Shown in pieces: positions 39,224 through 49,470 of a stretch of DNA of 64,000 nucleotides. The stretch is from assembly GCA_016193335.1 (NCBI GenBank), contig JACPSK010000001.1:22716-86715 (forward strand), in the 5' to 3' direction. The notes beneath the pieces were generated by a model, which did no database searches, was not told the origin of the DNA, and worked only from the letters and a program-made list of their open reading frames with translations. Within the stretch, counting starts at the first letter, position 1. Each line of letters begins with the position of its first letter. The position numbers and the translations under genes are program-made. The stretch is from Candidatus Magasanikiibacteriota bacterium. Its GTDB lineage: Bacteria; Patescibacteriota; Patescibacteriia; Magasanikbacterales; UBA922.

Positions 39224-39982
39224 TTATTCTTCAGGAAGTTCTTCTTTTGATTCATCTGTCTCTGATTCTGTTTTTTCACCGGCCTCTCCAGTCGGCCCGG
39301 CATGTTTGAACAACATAAAATAATCCATCAAAATGTCAACCGCCTGTTCCACTGCTTCTTTCACTGCCACCGTACCGTTGGTTTCTATATTAAGCGTTAA
39401 TTTCTCAAAATCAGTAATGTCTCCGACGCGGGTATAATCGATATCATAGCCCACGTCTTTCACCGGCGAATAAAAAGAATCAACCAAAATCGTGCCCAAA
39501 TCCAAATGTTTACTTTCTTTTTCTGAGGCAGGTATATAACCCAGACCTTTGCCTATAATTATTTCCATGGACAATGTTTTGCTCGGGTCAGTGATCGTGG
39601 CAATTTTTTGTTTTGGATTTACCAATTCGAGGTCAGCATTTTTGTCGAAATCAGCGGCCGTCACTTCGCCTAGCCCTTTTTTGCTAAGGGATAAACGAAT
39701 AGGTTCGTTGGAAAAAGATTTAACAGCCAACTGTTTTAAATTCAGGATAATCTCAACGACGTCTTCTTGGACTCCTTTTATGGCTGAAAATTCATGCTGA
39801 ACGCCATCAATCTTTACCGCTTCTACCGCAGCGCCTGGAATGGAAGACAAAAGAACTCTCCGAAGAGCATTGCCTATGGATGTCCCATAGCCCTGATGGC
39901 AAGGACTCATGACCACTGTTCCAAGGTTTGAACCTTCTTCCTGTGTAAATTCGACGCTGGTGGGTAAAAATATTTTTTCCAT
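39224..39982 (-). CDS. rpoA: RNA polymerase alpha subunit (N-terminal domain only)
   Basis: GYGTSIGNALRRVLLSSIPG, HEFSAIKGVQEDV; ends in an acidic tail with no alphaCTD. Confidence 0.96.
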   Translation of the reverse strand: MEKIFLPTSVEFTQEEGSNLGTVVMSPCHQGYGTSIGNALRRVLLSSIPGAAVEAVKIDGVQHEFSAIKGVQEDVVEIILNLKQLAVKSFSNEPIRLSLSKKGLGEVTAADFDKNADLELVNPKQKIATITDPSKTLSMEIIIGKGLGYIPASEKESKHLDLGTILVDSFYSPVKDVGYDIDYTRVGDITDFEKLTLNIETNGTVAVKEAVEQAVDILMDYFMLFKHAGPTGEAGEKTESETDESKEELPEE

Positions 39983-40032
39983 AATGATTGCATTACGGGA
40001 CAGGTCTGCAAAAAGCAGGTCGCCCTCCTAAA

Positions 40033-40656
40033 TTAACGGGACGAATAATATTCAATGATAAGTTTGATATCAAATAATTTTTCAAAATCATCGGCTTGGG
40101 GAAGGCTGAGCACTTTGCCTGACATAAGAGCAGGGTTCAAAGCAAGCCAGGAAGCGACATCAACTTTTGCAAGCCGTTCAGAAAGACCTTCAAAAATTTT
40201 CTTGGTTTTTTTGCTTGCTTTTATTCCTATTTCGTCCCCTACCTTAACCGTGTGGGAAGGTATATTCATTTTTTTGCCGTTCACGACAAACAAGCCATGA
40301 TTCACCATTTGTCTGGCCTGTGCTCTCGTGCCGGCAAATCCCATGCGGTATACCACATTGTCCAATCTCATTTCAAGAAGGCGCTGAACAGCCACGCTTG
40401 AGTCACCTTTCAGACGGCTTGCCTTCTGAACATAAGAGCGAAATTGACGTTCTCTGAGGCCATAGATGTATTTCGCCTTCTGTTTTTCGATGAGTTGTTT
40501 TCCAAAACTTGAAACTGAAGAGCGTTTGTAAGTGGCGCCATGGACGCCCGGTTTTTGTTGCAATCTCCGCGCTACCTTCGTGGCATTTGTCTTTAAACCC
40601 AAATGCAGTCCAAAACGGCGGGCTATTTTATTTTTCGGTCCTGTATATTTTCCCAT
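40033..40656 (-). CDS. rpsD: 30S ribosomal protein S4
   Basis: EKQKAKYIYG, LEMRLDNVVYRMGFA and IIEYYSR motifs. Confidence 0.98.
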   Translation of the reverse strand: MGKYTGPKNKIARRFGLHLGLKTNATKVARRLQQKPGVHGATYKRSSVSSFGKQLIEKQKAKYIYGLRERQFRSYVQKASRLKGDSSVAVQRLLEMRLDNVVYRMGFAGTRAQARQMVNHGLFVVNGKKMNIPSHTVKVGDEIGIKASKKTKKIFEGLSERLAKVDVASWLALNPALMSGKVLSLPQADDFEKLFDIKLIIEYYSSR

Positions 40657-40680
40657 AGAAAAAAATAATACCTCTGCTAT

Positions 40681-41079
40681 TTATACTCTCCTGCGCTTGG
40701 GCGGTCTGCATCCGTTATGTGGAATCGGGGTTATATCTTTTACCGACAAAACCTGAACACCATTGGCGTTCAAAGCGCGAATCGCGCCTTCTCTGCCACC
40801 GCCAATTCCTTTTACCAATACATTCACTTCTTTTAAACCGGTCACCTTTACATCATCCACAACCTTTTTAACCACTTTGCTCGCCGCATAAGGAGTTGCC
40901 TTTTTAGGACCTTTAAATCCTACGTTTCCAGAACTCGCCCAAGCCAAAACATCTCCGTTTTGGTCGGTAATGGTAACGATGGTATTATTGAAAGAAGCCT
41001 GTATATAGACTCTCCCATGAGAGACATGTTTAATCAGTTTCTTTTTCTTTTTGTTACCTGTCTTCTCTGTCTTTGCCAT
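40681..41079 (-). CDS. rpsK: 30S ribosomal protein S11
   Basis: ASFNNTIVT and DITPIPHNGCRPPKRRRV motifs. Confidence 0.98.
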   Translation of the reverse strand: MAKTEKTGNKKKKKLIKHVSHGRVYIQASFNNTIVTITDQNGDVLAWASSGNVGFKGPKKATPYAASKVVKKVVDDVKVTGLKEVNVLVKGIGGGREGAIRALNANGVQVLSVKDITPIPHNGCRPPKRRRV

Positions 41080-41136
41080 AGCAATGTAAAACTATTAAAT
41101 TCTCCGCGTTGGTGAGCGCGGGATATAGCAGTACTT

Positions 41137-41523
41137 TTAGGTCTTTTGAGCAGGCCCTTTCTTTCCGCTTGGCGCAAGATTACGCTTATTGCCGCGCACG
41201 GTCCTTGAATTGGTTTTTGTCCGTTGTCCCCGCACCGGCAAGTTGCGGCTGTGACGTACTCCTCGATAGCATTTTATATCTTTAAGACGCTTGATGTTCG
41301 CTCGCACTTCCCGTCTCAAATCTCCTTCAGTTTTGTATTTCTGTTCCATGATACTGCGAATCCGGTCTTCTTGTTCTTGAGTCAAATCTTTTACCCGTGT
41401 ATTCTCATCTATGGACGCGGCCTTCAAAATAGAACGCGCCGCGCTCTCGCCGATACCATAGACATATGTTAATGAAATTACGACTCGTTTTTGTTTTGGA
41501 ATTGTCACTCCTGCGACTCTCAT
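41137..41523 (-). CDS. rpsM: 30S ribosomal protein S13
   Basis: MRVAGV...LTYVYGIG...[14 protein letters not shown]; start taken at ATG 41523. Confidence 0.98.
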   Translation of the reverse strand: MRVAGVTIPKQKRVVISLTYVYGIGESAARSILKAASIDENTRVKDLTQEQEDRIRSIMEQKYKTEGDLRREVRANIKRLKDIKCYRGVRHSRNLPVRGQRTKTNSRTVRGNKRNLAPSGKKGPAQKT

Positions 41524-41560
41524 ACTTAGAGGTATAAATGCTAATAATGTTAGGCAAAGC

Positions 41561-41698
41561 TCAGGCGCTTTTAATCCGCTGTTTTGTTCCTTGACGTTGC
41601 TTATGTCTGGTATTTTCACAGATTACAAAGACCACTCCCCGTCTTCGAACAATTTTACAGTTATTGCAACGTTTTTTTACTGAAGAGCGCACCTTCAT
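41561..41698 (-). CDS. rpmJ: 50S ribosomal protein L36 with an 8-aa C-terminal extension
   Basis: [45 protein letters not shown]. Confidence 0.97.
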   Translation of the reverse strand: MKVRSSVKKRCNNCKIVRRRGVVFVICENTRHKQRQGTKQRIKSA

Positions 41699-41781
41699 AA
41701 GTCTTCTTGGATAAAAAAATACCAACCACTGCCGCGATATCAACCCCCAACCTAGTCAGGGTACACCGCACTGGTTGATTG

Positions 41782-42000
41782 TTAGAGTCTAAACGTAATA
41801 CGTCCTTTTGTTAAATCGTATGGTGTCAATTCCACCTTTACTTCGTCTCCAATCCCGAGTCTGATTCGGTTCATGCGCATTTTTCCCGATAAGTGAGCTA
41901 TGACCTCGTGATCGTTTTCCAATTTAACTCGGAATTTCCCGGCCGGAAGAAGTTCTTCTACAAAACCCCTTACTTCCAGCACCGTATCTTTTTTCCCCAT
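41782..42000 (-). CDS. infA: Translation initiation factor IF-1
   Basis: FRVKLEN...SGKMR...[12 protein letters not shown]. Confidence 0.98.
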   Translation of the reverse strand: MGKKDTVLEVRGFVEELLPAGKFRVKLENDHEVIAHLSGKMRMNRIRLGIGDEVKVELTPYDLTKGRITFRL

Positions 42001-42123
42001 GTTTCAAATAATTTAACTGGCAGTATTTTAACTTATATATAAAATAGTGTCAAGTGGCTTAAGAAAACGCGAAAAAACAGATATTTGGCTAAATTTAGAT
42101 GTTTTAGGAGATATCTCTCTATC

Positions 42124-42546
42124 TTATTCACATGGCACGACCTCATCTTTGTATACCCAGTATTTAAAAAGCAAAAAATTCCAGCTTACCGCCACCATAA
42201 TGGTGCATATCCTGACCAAGCGATAATCAAAATCAAAAACACCGTTAAATACATACATACTGGCTACTGAAAAAGAATAATTGAATACAGAGAGTATAAG
42301 ATAACGGACCAATTGTTTGTGGGGCAGAGAGACACTCTTGAAAGACCAATATTTGTTTAAGGTAAAATTGTAGGCCATGAGAAGAGCTTGATTAAAAAAT
42401 ACAGCCATAGTCGGAGAAAGGCTCAAAAATTCTTTAAAAACAATGAGCGTGCCCATATCTATAAATACACCACTCGTGCCTACGACCGTATATTTAAAAA
42501 ATTCATAACGCAGGGTCCAACAAAAACGTAATACCCGTTTTACCAT
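42124..42546 (-). CDS. GtrA family membrane protein
   Basis: FFKYTVVG..GVFID...NFTLNKYWSF...WNFLLFKYWVY. Confidence 0.9.
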   Translation of the reverse strand: MVKRVLRFCWTLRYEFFKYTVVGTSGVFIDMGTLIVFKEFLSLSPTMAVFFNQALLMAYNFTLNKYWSFKSVSLPHKQLVRYLILSVFNYSFSVASMYVFNGVFDFDYRLVRICTIMVAVSWNFLLFKYWVYKDEVVPCE

Positions 42547-42557
42547 AAAGACAAAAA

Positions 42558-44477
42558 TTAACTCAGAACGGCTTTTATCCGGCGAAGCCCGGCTCCCACT
42601 GATTCTTCTTTGGTGATTTTAAAATGGCCGAGAACCCCCGTGTGCTCCACATGCGGACCTCCGCAGAATTCACGGCTAAATGTTTCGGCATCTGGATCGG
42701 CTTCGGCCTTTTGATTTTGATCTCCTACGGTATAGATTTTTACTTTATCTCCATAATTCTCCTCAAAAAGCCCGATAGCGCCTTTTTTTCTGGCCTCTTC
42801 CACGCTCATCATTTCAAAACTAACCCGATAATCCCTCTGAATAGCCGCGTTTACCAAATGTTCAAGCTCCTTAATTTGTTCATCAGTCAACTTGTCCGGA
42901 TGGGCAAAATCAAAACGCAGACGTTCGGGCGTGATATTGCTTCCTTTCTGCGTGGCATGTCTTCCCAACACTTTTATCGTAGCGGCATGCAATAAATGGG
43001 TGGCCGTATGATATTTGACGCTCATCTCGCTATGATCGGCAAGACCGCCTTTGAATTTTTTTTCCGAACCGGATCTCGATATGTTCTGATGCTTTTCTTT
43101 CTCAAAATCAAAGGTCTTTATATCCACTTTCAAAGCATGTTCCCGAGCGAGTTCTTCGGTAAGTTCTATGGGGAAACCGTAGGTCTGGTATAGATCAAAG
43201 GCCTGCTCTCCGCTTATCTCAGAATCAGGGGCCAATCCTCCCGTCAAATCCGCAAAACGCTTCATGCCCTTTTCCAAAGTGCGAGCAAATTTGGCTTCTT
43301 CTTTTTCTAACTCCAAAATAATATGTCCTGAACGCTCAAAAAGAGCGGGATATGCTTTTTTGTATGTCTCTATGTACACGCGAGCTACCATAGCGCTAAA
43401 CTGGCCCTGTATTCCAAGCTTATGAGCAAAACGCACAGAACGCCGTATGAGACGGCGCACAAAATAGCCTTGGTCTTTGTTCGATGGAAAAGCGTTGTCA
43501 GCGATCAAAAAAACGGCGGCTCTCAGATGATCGAGAATGACTCGAAAAGCAAAAGAATCTTCTCGATCCTTACCATATATTTTGCCTGAAAGATTCTCAA
43601 GAACTACCAGAGCCTCAGCAAATACGTCTATTCTAAATATATCCATATCATCATTCAAAGCCGCCGCCATTCGCTCCAAGCCGCCGCCAAAATCTACATT
43701 CCGCTGGGCTAATTTCTCAAATCCATTCGCCGTTTTCTTGTATTCCATAAACACGCTATTGCCGATTTCCAAAAACCGACCGCAATCGCAATTTACATGG
43801 CAAGGCTTGTCTTTCCATCGTGATATTTGGTGAAGACCCAAGGCCTCGCCAAAATCCCAAAACATTTCCGTATCAGGTCCTCCGGGCTCGCCCTCAGGCA
43901 TGTTTTCCGGTTTCCCTGATCTGCTCCACCAATTTTTTGTTTCGTCGTAATAAAAAATGCGACCGCCTTGCATGCCGTCACGCTCGGAAAAATCCACAAT
44001 CTCAGCCTCTATTCCTTTTCCTTGATATAATATTTTCCATAAACCCGCCGATTCTTGGTCTTTCGGAATGTTCAGATCTTCATTTCCGCGAAAACAGGTT
44101 ACATACAAGCGTTTGGGATCAAGACCCAGTCTGTCGCATACAAATTCAAAAATCCAGGGGATCTGCTCTTGTTTAAAATAATCCCCCAAAGACCAATTGC
44201 CAAGCATTTCAAAAAATACCGTGTGTCTATTGTCTCCCACATCGTCTATATCTTGAGCGCGAAAACATTTTTGACTATCCGCGAGTCTGGTGCCTGAAGG
44301 ATGAACTTCTCCCAAAAGATAGGGCACCATAGGTTGCATGCCAGATCCCGTAAACAAAGTACTCGGATCATTTTCAGGAAGCAGAGAAGCGGAAGGCAGT
44401 ATTTCATGCCCTCTTTCTTTGTAAAAAGATACATAAGCTTGTCTGATCTGATCTGCGGTCTTCATAAATGACAACAT
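42558..44477 (-). CDS. alaS: Alanine--tRNA ligase (short form, no C-Ala domain)
   Basis: LFTGSGMQP, HTVFFEMLGNWS, DHLRA, HTATHLL and EFCGGPHV; ends at RRIKAVLS. Confidence 0.97.
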   Translation of the reverse strand: MLSFMKTADQIRQAYVSFYKERGHEILPSASLLPENDPSTLFTGSGMQPMVPYLLGEVHPSGTRLADSQKCFRAQDIDDVGDNRHTVFFEMLGNWSLGDYFKQEQIPWIFEFVCDRLGLDPKRLYVTCFRGNEDLNIPKDQESAGLWKILYQGKGIEAEIVDFSERDGMQGGRIFYYDETKNWWSRSGKPENMPEGEPGGPDTEMFWDFGEALGLHQISRWKDKPCHVNCDCGRFLEIGNSVFMEYKKTANGFEKLAQRNVDFGGGLERMAAALNDDMDIFRIDVFAEALVVLENLSGKIYGKDREDSFAFRVILDHLRAAVFLIADNAFPSNKDQGYFVRRLIRRSVRFAHKLGIQGQFSAMVARVYIETYKKAYPALFERSGHIILELEKEEAKFARTLEKGMKRFADLTGGLAPDSEISGEQAFDLYQTYGFPIELTEELAREHALKVDIKTFDFEKEKHQNISRSGSEKKFKGGLADHSEMSVKYHTATHLLHAATIKVLGRHATQKGSNITPERLRFDFAHPDKLTDEQIKELEHLVNAAIQRDYRVSFEMMSVEEARKKGAIGLFEENYGDKVKIYTVGDQNQKAEADPDAETFSREFCGGPHVEHTGVLGHFKITKEESVGAGLRRIKAVLS

Positions 44478-44485
44478 ATCTTAAC

Positions 44486-44779
44486 TCAGGGAGTGAATTC
44501 GTCTATAAGAACAACCAGCTGATCTTTGAGACCGACGGTGTCCCCTGTTTCCGGAAAATCATTCCAAGACAGCAAAGCGTAGTCCACAGTATCATCAAAT
44601 CTGATTCCTGTCCGCGAAGCTGCTTTTCGGATGAGAATTCTTCGCAATTCTTCACCCAAATTGTCCCAAAACCATTGAGCATTTTCCGTTTTTCTCTCCT
44701 GCTCGCCTAATTCAGGACGGACTGGTTCTGAATCAGAGGGCCTATCAAAATGAAGATACTCGTTGCTATCGTTCTGCAT
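44486..44779 (-). CDS. Hypothetical protein
   Basis: 97-aa ORF packed between mnmA and alaS. Confidence 0.6.
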   Translation of the reverse strand: MQNDSNEYLHFDRPSDSEPVRPELGEQERKTENAQWFWDNLGEELRRILIRKAASRTGIRFDDTVDYALLSWNDFPETGDTVGLKDQLVVLIDEFTP

Positions 44780-44795
44780 AATAATGTATATTCTT

Positions 44796-45869
44796 CTAAA
44801 TAAATCCTCCTCCCAGGCATTCCCCTCTATGATAAAAAACCGCAGATTGTCCGGGACTGATGGCCTTTTGAGGCTGCTGAAACCGCAGGATTCCGTTATT
44901 TTCCAAAGTCACACTCTGAAGATCCTGCCGATGTCGCAAACGCACTTCACAGTGTAACGGAAATTCTGGCTCTTGTCCACAAATCCAATGAATGTCCTTC
45001 AGACAAATTTCTTTTTTAAATAATAAAGGATTGTCTTCTCTTCCCACCAAAAGCCTGTTCCGTTCAAAATCTTTATCCAACACAAAAAGAGGCTCTCCGC
45101 CACCGCTTTGTTCAAAACCATGTCTCTGGCCAATGGTGTAAAAGGCGAGTCCTTCGTGTTGTCCTATAACTTCGCCGCTCTCGCAAAATACAATATCGCC
45201 CGGGTTCTTTGCTATCTTTTTTTGCAAAAACTCTTTCATGGGAACTTCTCCCACAAAGCAAATGCCCATGCTCTCCTCTTTTTCAGCGGTGGGGAGTTGA
45301 AATTGCCTGGCCAGCTCTCGCACTTCTTGTTTGTTGTACCTGCCAATCGGAAATACCGCGCGGGAAAGCTGACTTTGATTGAGCTGGTGTAAAAAATAAG
45401 TCTGGTCTTTGTCCCCGTCTTTTGCCATCATCAATCTAAAAATAGAGTCCCCGTCCTGTTTTCGTTCTTCATTGATATTCGCGTAATGGCCCGTGGCCAA
45501 TTGTTCAAAGCCCAATTCCTGAACTTTTTCAAGCCAGACCCCGAATTTTATGAATGAATTGCACAAAACATCGGGATTCGGAGTCCTGCCGGCTCTGTAT
45601 TCGGAAAACATCTGATCCAAAACCAGAGACCTGTATTGCCGAGTAAAATCAATTTTAATGAGACCTATGCCAAGACATGCGGCCACCCGAAGGGCGTCCT
45701 GGTAATCTGCGGTATAGCAGGGCAGACCGTAGCGATCATGCTCAACAAAATTCACCATGAAGGCCCCCGTAACATCATAACCCCGTTCCACCAGCAGAGC
45801 CGCGGCCACAGATGAGTCTACACCGCCGGACATGGCCACCAGGATTTTTTTATTTTTGTTCTTCTTCAC
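44796..45869 (-). CDS. mnmA: tRNA 2-thiouridine(34) synthase MnmA
   Basis: AMSGGVDSS, TPNPDVLCN, ATGHY, KDQTYFL, ESMGICF and PGQSAV motifs. Confidence 0.97.
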   Translation of the reverse strand: MKKNKNKKILVAMSGGVDSSVAAALLVERGYDVTGAFMVNFVEHDRYGLPCYTADYQDALRVAACLGIGLIKIDFTRQYRSLVLDQMFSEYRAGRTPNPDVLCNSFIKFGVWLEKVQELGFEQLATGHYANINEERKQDGDSIFRLMMAKDGDKDQTYFLHQLNQSQLSRAVFPIGRYNKQEVRELARQFQLPTAEKEESMGICFVGEVPMKEFLQKKIAKNPGDIVFCESGEVIGQHEGLAFYTIGQRHGFEQSGGGEPLFVLDKDFERNRLLVGREDNPLLFKKEICLKDIHWICGQEPEFPLHCEVRLRHRQDLQSVTLENNGILRFQQPQKAISPGQSAVFYHRGECLGGGFI

Positions 45870-46501
45870 AAGACGATCGGCTTAATTTGCTCTTTCAAAA
45901 ATGTTTTATAAAACGTGTTGACCGGCTCCATCAATTTTTGTTCTTCTATGATGCGCTTCGCAGTTTCGGTTCTTATCCAATACAAGCAGTCATATTCAAA
46001 ACGCATGTCTTGTTGGATTTTTTCCTTATCTCCGTTTCTGTATTCAGTAATTCGCTGTATCCCTATTTCACCGAACAAATCCAATTTATCCGCGTCACGC
46101 AAAATCCAGGCCAATTCATAGTCATCGGCCGCGTTGTTCCAATGATAGCGAACCGTGTACAAAAGAGCTATCTTTTGCTCCCTGCCCAAAATCTTGAAAC
46201 GATCATCCTCATTGAACCAGGCACGCAAGAGTTCATAAGAAAATTCGTGATGGCTCAGCTTTCTTTTTTCTGCTTTATAATGTTCAATGGCTCTGCCTAT
46301 ATCGTGTACAAGACCGGCCAACTCACACAAGTATACATCTTTATATCCTTCACCCTCTGCTATCACTACCGCATGTTCGGCCACTCGTTCGGCATGATCG
46401 AGGTTGTGCCCTTTCACCGGATAGTCTTGAAAGAGCTTGGCTACTTTTTCTCTGGCAGAATGTACCAGTTCGGCTTGGACGATGGAATAATCTTTTTTCA
46501 T
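45866..46501 (-). CDS. HD-domain metal-dependent phosphohydrolase
   Basis: GHNLDHAERV, VHDIGR and RDADKLD motifs. Confidence 0.9.
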   Translation of the reverse strand: MKKDYSIVQAELVHSAREKVAKLFQDYPVKGHNLDHAERVAEHAVVIAEGEGYKDVYLCELAGLVHDIGRAIEHYKAEKRKLSHHEFSYELLRAWFNEDDRFKILGREQKIALLYTVRYHWNNAADDYELAWILRDADKLDLFGEIGIQRITEYRNGDKEKIQQDMRFEYDCLYWIRTETAKRIIEEQKLMEPVNTFYKTFLKEQIKPIVL

Positions 46502-46655
46502 ATATTACTTACAACTTAAATCAAAAGACATTCAAGCAGGGCTCATTGTAACAAAACCAAAACAGAAATCAAGAAATACCCCGAAAGGTATTCCAGATTT
46601 GTCATTTTCTATATTACTAATTTCAAAATTTTCCACCAATTACCGTATCGTATCC

Positions 46656-47756
46656 TCAGAGCCCACGGAACAAAGGTAACCCATTGTCCGGACTCACCGG
46701 AACATACACCGTGCCTTCTCGATCCTTGAGATTCTGTATGTACAAATAATGCAGATAATTTTGAGTGAGACTTTCATTGATGATTTTTTGCGCGTCGCGC
46801 TGTCCTTGCGCCTCCACTCGCTTGCGTTCCGCTTCCTTCAATTCTCGGTCAAGCAAAAAATCATAACGTTCTGCTTCTTGTTCTGCCTGAAGTTTTTGTT
46901 GGATGCTTTCAGCCAAGTTGGCTGGCAACTGTACATGTCTCAGCAAAACTTCTTCCATTTCAATGCCTCTTTGTTCAAGACGTCTTTTGAGCCCATCTAA
47001 AATTTGGGTCGCCGCCTCTTCGCGTTTTTCCGAGTAAATATCTTTGGCTTCGTATTGAGCTATAATCTCCCGTATCATGCTCCTGATCTGCGGACGTATA
47101 ATGATTTCATCATAGTCCAGTCCTACTTCTCTATATAAGTCAGAAGCTTTGTCTTCTATGAGATGATACAAAACCGTTATGTCGAGATCAACACTCAGAC
47201 CTTCTTTGGTAAGAGCGGATATGGCATCGGAACCAACGCGCCTCCCCTCCCCTTGAGCCACGCTCATAGTATATTCCTGGGTGCGGATTATCATCTTCGT
47301 GACTTTTACGAGAGGATTTTTGAGATGGAAACCGGAACGAAATTCCTTGTCTCTCACTTTACCAAAAAAAGACTGCACGCCTGTTTCTCCCGCTTCCACG
47401 ACCACCCAAAAACTGCTCGCAAAAATAATGCCAAAAAAAATAAAAAAAGAAAACAAAATCCCCCACTTTATCCTCCTCTTTTTATCCGGGTTTATGATAT
47501 TCATAGATGCGGTTACATTAAATTTGTTATTATCGTGAGCTGAATGGGAAGAATTAAAAGCTTGCCCGGCTTTTCGAAAAGAAGCAAACAAGGATCCTGA
47601 CCACATTTTGAAAGCAGGGTGATGTTCTCGCAAAACAAAAAAAAGAACCGCAATGCCGATGAACACAAAAAAACCAGATCCACTGAATATCCCCAAGAAC
47701 AATAGTATAAACCCGGCTCCGAGGCCTCGATTCAGTGGTGAAAATGATTTATGCAT
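46656..47756 (-). CDS. SPFH/prohibitin family membrane protein
   Basis: VEAGETGV..FFGKV, TKEGLSVDLD, IIRPQIRS and AERKRVEAQG motifs. Confidence 0.92.
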   Translation of the reverse strand: MHKSFSPLNRGLGAGFILLFLGIFSGSGFFVFIGIAVLFFVLREHHPAFKMWSGSLFASFRKAGQAFNSSHSAHDNNKFNVTASMNIINPDKKRRIKWGILFSFFIFFGIIFASSFWVVVEAGETGVQSFFGKVRDKEFRSGFHLKNPLVKVTKMIIRTQEYTMSVAQGEGRRVGSDAISALTKEGLSVDLDITVLYHLIEDKASDLYREVGLDYDEIIIRPQIRSMIREIIAQYEAKDIYSEKREEAATQILDGLKRRLEQRGIEMEEVLLRHVQLPANLAESIQQKLQAEQEAERYDFLLDRELKEAERKRVEAQGQRDAQKIINESLTQNYLHYLYIQNLKDREGTVYVPVSPDNGLPLFRGL

Positions 47757-47758
47757 GT

Positions 47759-48727
47759 TTATGCTTTAAGCGTGGTGATAGGTCGGCTCTGGGTTATGTA
47801 AAATGAATTTCCCTCGCGAGCCCATTCAATATCACAGGGAAAACCATAATATTCTTCTATCTTTTTACAAATTCCGGCAAGTTCAATAATATCTTTCCCC
47901 TGTAATTTTTGTTTCTTTCCGGCCTCAAAGGTTTCTACCCATTCATTTGATTCTTTTGATTCTTCATGTTCTCCCATTTTATCTTTTCTGAGCAGCTGTT
48001 TTTCTTGATGAGAAACGCTAATATCAAGAATCATCATATCCGCTTTATCCACGACGTAGCTGTCCGGAGTGATCTGTCCACTTACCAGGGCTTCGCCAAG
48101 ACCAAGGCCCGCTTCTATGATCATCTGGTTTTTATCTTCAATAACCGGGTGCACGGTAAAGGCAACACCCGAAACTTCCGACTGAATCATTCTTTGAATG
48201 ACTACCGCCACTGAAACCGGAGTGTCATGCAGTTTTTTTTCAAAACGATAAAAAATGGCTCTGGGAGTAAACAAAGAAGACCAACATTGTTTAACGCGAT
48301 CCAGTAAATCCGTCTGGTTTGTGTTCAAAAAAGTATCCAACTCCCCTGCCCAGCTTGCTATTTCACTGTCTTCGGCAGTGGCGCTGGAACGCACAGCCAC
48401 ATAGGCCGCGCCAAGCTCTTGATAAGCCTGCAGGATCTCTTCGGACAAGTCTTTTGGCAGGGCGGCGTCGTGGATAAGATCTCTTATCACGTTGGCTGCC
48501 TTGTCTACAGAATTTATGTCTTCAGGGTTCACTTCTTTGAGCCTAGCCTCTATTTCTCCGGCAAGATCAGTTTCATCGATAAAACGATCAAAGGCTGAGG
48601 AAATCAGCACAAAACCAGGAGGCACTGATAAGCCTGCTTTTGTTAATTCTCCTAGAGAAGCGCCTTTCCCCCCTGCGAGGCGAACATCTTTTTTCGAGAT
48701 TTCGGTAAACGATTTTAGATATTTCAT
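47759..48727 (-). CDS. Stand-alone PPDK/PEP-synthase N-terminal ATP-grasp (nucleotide-binding) subunit
   Basis: GGKGASLGEL, VPPGF, VAVRSSATAED, GLGEALVSG..TPD and DIEWA...QSRPIT, then stop; no His domain. Confidence 0.93.
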   Translation of the reverse strand: MKYLKSFTEISKKDVRLAGGKGASLGELTKAGLSVPPGFVLISSAFDRFIDETDLAGEIEARLKEVNPEDINSVDKAANVIRDLIHDAALPKDLSEEILQAYQELGAAYVAVRSSATAEDSEIASWAGELDTFLNTNQTDLLDRVKQCWSSLFTPRAIFYRFEKKLHDTPVSVAVVIQRMIQSEVSGVAFTVHPVIEDKNQMIIEAGLGLGEALVSGQITPDSYVVDKADMMILDISVSHQEKQLLRKDKMGEHEESKESNEWVETFEAGKKQKLQGKDIIELAGICKKIEEYYGFPCDIEWAREGNSFYITQSRPITTLKA

Positions 48728-48792
48728 GAATACAGCATAGCAGAAAAAATTGACAAAAACAAGAAAAAAGGATATGTCAGGAATGGCACACC

Positions 48793-48911
48793 AGGGCTGC
48801 CAATAGGGGTCTGTACTTTTCTCGGCAGCTCTACATAACCTGCTCTTTTGTCCTCATAGACTGCGGACGCGCCGATAAACGGTTCTCACCTTTACCGTTT
48901 GGCGCGTCCGC
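48793..48911. other. Two GC-rich stem-loops in an intergenic region (candidate structured RNA)
   Basis: AGGGCTGCC/GGCAGCTCT and GCGGACGCGCC..AAACGGT..ACCGTTT-GGCGCGTCCGC. Confidence 0.4.
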
Positions 48912-48975
48912 TTCCCACCACTCATAAAATATCTTCTTTTCAGACAAGCCCAAAATTCGCTTGTACGAATTTTGG

Positions 48976-49347
48976 TCAGGATCCAAATTTAACCTCATGT
49001 TTTTTTTCGAAACTTCGCATGAATTTCTTAAAACTCAAGCTGTCTTTGGCAAAGGCATTCCCGTCTTCTTGAACTTTATTTTCCAAATTTTTAAGCCGTT
49101 CATTATTATCTTCTACTGTCATTTGGATACCCATCAAACGTCCATTGACCGATGCGAGATTTATTTCAAGTTCTGAGACGTTTTGTTTTAACACAGAGAC
49201 ATCCTGCTTGAGGACAGAGACATCCCGCTTCAACACAGATACATCAGCTTCCACGATATTGAGGCTGGACTGCATGGCGGCATTGTCTTTTATAAAAACC
49301 ACGATTTCTAATATTTCATCAATTTTTTTGCCAAAATTTTCAAACAT
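48976..49347 (-). CDS. Heptad-repeat coiled-coil protein (paralog 1)
   Basis: DVSVLKR-DVSVLKQ-DVSVLKQ-NVSELEI; AAGGAGG RBS before ATG 49347. Confidence 0.8.
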   Translation of the reverse strand: MFENFGKKIDEILEIVVFIKDNAAMQSSLNIVEADVSVLKRDVSVLKQDVSVLKQNVSELEINLASVNGRLMGIQMTVEDNNERLKNLENKVQEDGNAFAKDSLSFKKFMRSFEKKHEVKFGS

Positions 49348-49470
49348 ACAAACCTCCTTAAAAATTATACCTTCCATTATCAAGCAAGCATATTTTCAGG
49401 TCAAGGACAAAGATTAAATTTTGGTAAATCTTATTTCGGAAGACCCTCGATATCCAAAAAACTCAGTGTC

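Noticed and set aside
47759-48727. Truncated ppsA pseudogene
   Set aside because: The ORF ends cleanly at the domain boundary (QSRPIT), motifs are intact, and no remnant of the rest of ppsA follows.
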